The translations under genes and the position numbers were made by a program. A stretch of 64,000 bases of DNA, from positions 5,408 to 69,407 of the forward strand of contig LSSG01000019.1 in the NCBI GenBank assembly GCA_001595915.1, given 5' to 3'. The notes beneath the pieces were generated by a model, which saw only the letters and a program-made list of their open reading frames with translations, had not been told where the DNA came from and did no database searches. Of this stretch, positions 61,599 to 64,000 are shown in pieces (within the stretch, counting starts at the first letter, position 1; each line of letters begins with the position of its first letter). Source of the DNA: Thermoplasmatales archaeon SG8-52-3 (GTDB lineage Archaea; Thermoplasmatota; E2; DHVEG-1).

Positions 61599-61935
61599 TT
61601 ATCTCTCCAATCCCACCAGAACCCATATAAACTTTATGTTTATAAAACTATTATATTTTATTTGAATATTTTCAATATCTCTATAAATTTTCTTTAAAAA
61701 TTATATTCTCCAATAATATTAACTTATTACATATTATATTAGAATTTGTTATGAAAACATATAAAATTAACAAAAATCTTGATATAATTTATCATGGTTA
61801 CAATTATAACGGTAATATATTGTTTTCGGCATTATAGTAACAAAATGTTATGAATTATAACAATTTTAATTTAATTTGGTTATTTTTTGAATAATAAGAT
61901 TTATATAATATTCAAATTATATTAAATTGATTTGC

Positions 61936-62595
61936 ATGGTAACTATATCACATATCGTCACGAAATTGATAAACGACAATATTTATTTGCAAGAAGCAAT
62001 TGGAAAAGGGATAGCATCTTATGGATCAGTTGCAAAAAAATTAAAACCTGATATTGAAGGGGAATTAAACAAAGAAGTCGCCCATTATGCAATAGTTGCT
62101 GCAATTCGGAGGTATTCTGAAAAGATGAACTATCGATTTCACGACATTAAATTTGATGCAAATACTTCTGAAGTGAATTTAAAGACAAATGTTATGGATA
62201 TAAATATACTTAGAAGTAATACTCTTTTTGACAAATTAAAAAGGATATATGATATAATACAATTTGAAAAGGGTGATATATTACATATCATCTATGGTAA
62301 GAATTCCTTAAGTATTGTTACAAATGAACGATACAAGGAAAATATTTGTCAATTTTTGAGGGATGAAAATATTACTAATATTGAAGAAAATCTTGTTTCA
62401 CTATCTTTTACAATTGATAAGGGTTTAGTTGATAGAGCAGGAGTATTGTTTCAAATAGTAAGAAATTTTGCTTGGGAAAATATAAACATAATAGAAGTTA
62501 TTTCAATTGATTTAGAAATAACATTTATTGTTGATGTAAAAGATGCAGTTAGAGGATATAAAGCACTTCAGCGACTAATTATAAAACCAACTTAA
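61936..62595 (+). CDS. ACT-domain-containing protein of unknown function
   Basis: The C-terminus VSLSFTIDKGLVDRAGVLFQIVRNFAWENINIIEVIS is ACT-like. The start is ambiguous (TTG 61927 or ATG 61936). Confidence 0.5.
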   Translation: MVTISHIVTKLINDNIYLQEAIGKGIASYGSVAKKLKPDIEGELNKEVAHYAIVAAIRRYSEKMNYRFHDIKFDANTSEVNLKTNVMDINILRSNTLFDKLKRIYDIIQFEKGDILHIIYGKNSLSIVTNERYKENICQFLRDENITNIEENLVSLSFTIDKGLVDRAGVLFQIVRNFAWENINIIEVISIDLEITFIVDVKDAVRGYKALQRLIIKPT

Positions 62596-63806
62596 TTTTT
62601 GCTTTTTAAAAATTTGTCTCTAATTTTTAAATATAACAATCGTCTAATCATCTTCTTTCTGCAGGTCCGCGCATTTAATCTACCTATTATTGCATCTACA
62701 GAATATTCGCTTAGTTTGTCATCTTTACAAATAATATCAATAAATTTTTCATTTTCTTTTCCCCAAAGATCAGAAATTTTGTAAAGTAATTTTAAGTCTT
62801 TTCCAAAATCTTTATACCAATTTTTTTGATATTTTGATAAAAACTTTTCACTTGTGTTATTTTTTTCTAAAGCTCTTGTGATAACTTCTGCAGCAATTTC
62901 ACCAGATGCCATTGCATGAAAAATACCCTCACCAGTGACAGGATTTGCAAAACCAGCAGCATCACCACAAATAATTACTCTATCTGAATATGTTTTTTCA
63001 AGAGGACGGGTTGGCAATGCTGCTCCTCTGATTCTCCCAATCTCAAAATCTTCAGGTAATACCTTATCTTTTTTGAGAATTTTTAAATATTCAATATATT
63101 TTTCCTTGATGGTTTTTTTATTTTTTTGGTTGTGAATTGCCTGCCTAAACTCTGTAACACCAATATTAATATGTTCCTTTTTTGGAAATACCCACCCATA
63201 ACCTGCAGATTTATTTACCTTGAAATGTATATGACACCTTCTTGTTTCTCCTAAATATCTGTCAAGTGTTTTTTGATTCACATTATATTCTTCAAAAACA
63301 CACATACAAATATTTTTATAGTTTTTACATAGTCCAATTTTTTTGGCAATTGTACTCCATATTCCATCTGCACCAATAACAATATCTGATTCAAAAGTAG
63401 TTTTGTCATCAAGTAGGATTTTTGCTGAGTTATTTGAAATTTTTATATCAATAACAGTTTTTTTATCGATGAATTTAGTTCCAGAATTAATTGCTAATTT
63501 TACTAATTGGTTATCAAATTTTTTCCTTAATATCATAGCAATAAGGGGTTCATCTCTTTGAAATTCCAATTTATATTTTAGAGTTGGTGAATATGCAGAT
63601 GCTGAATATGAATAAGATTCAATAAAATCATCATTAATATAGGGAAATCTATTAAATACCCTTACAGGAAGTCCACCACCACAGGGTTTATCTCTTGGAA
63701 ATTTATCTTTATCTAAAAGAAGTACTTTAATTCCCTTTTCTGATAGAAATTTAGCAGCAGTTGAACCAGCAGGTCCTGCACCTACAACTACAACATCATA
63801 TTTCAT
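62592..63806 (-). CDS. Geranylgeranyl-reductase-family FAD-dependent oxidoreductase
   Basis: MKYDVVVVGAGPAGSTAAKFLSEKGIKVLLLDKDKFPRDKPCGGGL…IGADG…VIICGDAAGFANPVTGEGI. Confidence 0.85.
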   Translation of the reverse strand: MKYDVVVVGAGPAGSTAAKFLSEKGIKVLLLDKDKFPRDKPCGGGLPVRVFNRFPYINDDFIESYSYSASAYSPTLKYKLEFQRDEPLIAMILRKKFDNQLVKLAINSGTKFIDKKTVIDIKISNNSAKILLDDKTTFESDIVIGADGIWSTIAKKIGLCKNYKNICMCVFEEYNVNQKTLDRYLGETRRCHIHFKVNKSAGYGWVFPKKEHINIGVTEFRQAIHNQKNKKTIKEKYIEYLKILKKDKVLPEDFEIGRIRGAALPTRPLEKTYSDRVIICGDAAGFANPVTGEGIFHAMASGEIAAEVITRALEKNNTSEKFLSKYQKNWYKDFGKDLKLLYKISDLWGKENEKFIDIICKDDKLSEYSVDAIIGRLNARTCRKKMIRRLLYLKIRDKFLKSKN

Positions 63807-63834
63807 ATTGCATTTTTTTTAATTTTTTTTTTTT

Positions 63835-64000
63835 TTACATTCTAAACACGCCAGGTTTCCAGTCTGGAATTGGAGCATTTAATGATGCAGAAATCCCAAG
63901 TCCTAAAACTAGTCTTGTATCAATAGGATCAATTATCCCATCATCCCATATCCTTGCAGTACTATAATATGGATTTCCCTCTTTTTCATATTTCTTAAGA
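63835..64000 (-). CDS. 3' end of an acyl-CoA carboxyltransferase beta-type subunit (methylcrotonyl-/propionyl-CoA carboxylase or glutaconyl-CoA decarboxylase family), partial
   Basis: The reverse translation …[54 protein letters not shown] is a characteristic carboxyltransferase C-terminus. The gene runs off the window end. Confidence 0.75.
   Translation of the reverse strand, partial: LKKYEKEGNPYYSTARIWDDGIIDPIDTRLVLGLGISASLNAPIPDWKPGVFRM

Noticed and set aside
61740-61840. A 28-codon ORF (MKTYKINKNLDIIYHGYNYNGNILFSAL), plus GTTAY/RTAAC half-site clusters in the 330-nt spacer before the ACT-domain gene
   Set aside because: The ORF has no Shine-Dalgarno or promoter-like context. The short 4-5-bp inverted arms are expected by chance in DNA of this A+T content.
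63807-63834. T8 and T16 runs on the plus strand as a possible terminator
   Set aside because: Both flanking genes are on the minus strand, where the runs read as poly-A. No plus-strand gene ends here, and the 63761..63967 track ORF is a shadow of the carboxyltransferase gene.
1-64000. A search by eye for CRISPR arrays, tRNA/rRNA genes, IS elements, integrases, prophage blocks, inteins and in-frame TGA (selenocysteine) interruptions
   Set aside because: I saw no regularly spaced direct repeats beyond the 3x11-nt array at 31837. No G+C-rich tRNA-like islands were found: the only G+C-rich spacer segment, 13930-14030, has no T-arm or anticodon-arm structure. No transposase or integrase motifs were found, and no split or interrupted conserved genes. 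tRNAscan, Infernal and CRISPR-finder runs would be needed to make this exclusion rigorous.

Overview
This is an AT-rich, densely coding 64-kb window with about 75 protein genes. I found no rRNA, tRNA, CRISPR array, transposase or integrase. Gene content points to a strictly anaerobic, probably archaeal organism. The supporting signs are BRE/TATA-like promoters, an Ogg2-type glycosylase, a geranylgeranyl-reductase-family gene, a SAMP/MoaD-like protein ending in GG, a thiolase+DUF35 pair, and an IscS that lacks the PLP lysine as in Archaeoglobus. An Asgard/Lokiarchaeia-like origin is only a guess. The window falls into seven blocks. (1) 0.15-11.8 kb is a co-directional oxygen/NO-stress and thiol-redox island. 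It holds Hsp20, four rubrerythrin-like paralogs, TusA-DsrE-IscS-IscU, desulfoferrodoxin, hybrid-cluster protein, peroxiredoxin, nitroreductases, thioredoxin, glutaredoxin-like protein, an FTR-rubredoxin fusion, desulforedoxin-like mini-proteins and hemerythrin. (2) 12-14.7 kb holds GNAT/DUF2156 genes, an HTH regulator, an unusual 420-nt intergenic region and ogg. (3) 14.8-30.3 kb holds beta-oxidation genes plus a dch/had/oah-like trio, the ring-opening branch of the benzoyl-CoA pathway. (4) 30.5-39.5 kb holds a MiaB-like enzyme, a tiny AbrB-like gene paired with a GNAT, and a complete Bzd-type class I (ATP-dependent) benzoyl-CoA reductase operon. That operon carries its own ferredoxin and a large NAD(P)H:ferredoxin-type oxidoreductase. 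(5) 39.5-49 kb holds housekeeping enzymes, exported proteins and a tungsten AOR module. (6) 49-61.3 kb is the least explicable part. It is a minus-strand cluster of three tandem B12-binding radical SAM paralogs, an orphan HgdA-like (2-hydroxyacyl-CoA dehydratase/double-cubane family) subunit, an acyl-CoA ligase and two reductases. A BcrAD/HgdC-type activase lies divergently, next to a further radical SAM gene with a CX4CX2C motif and a ubiquitin-like GG protein. (7) The window ends with a GGR-family flavoprotein and the 3' end of an acyl-CoA carboxyltransferase. All functional calls come from reading motifs in the supplied translations. No database search was run.
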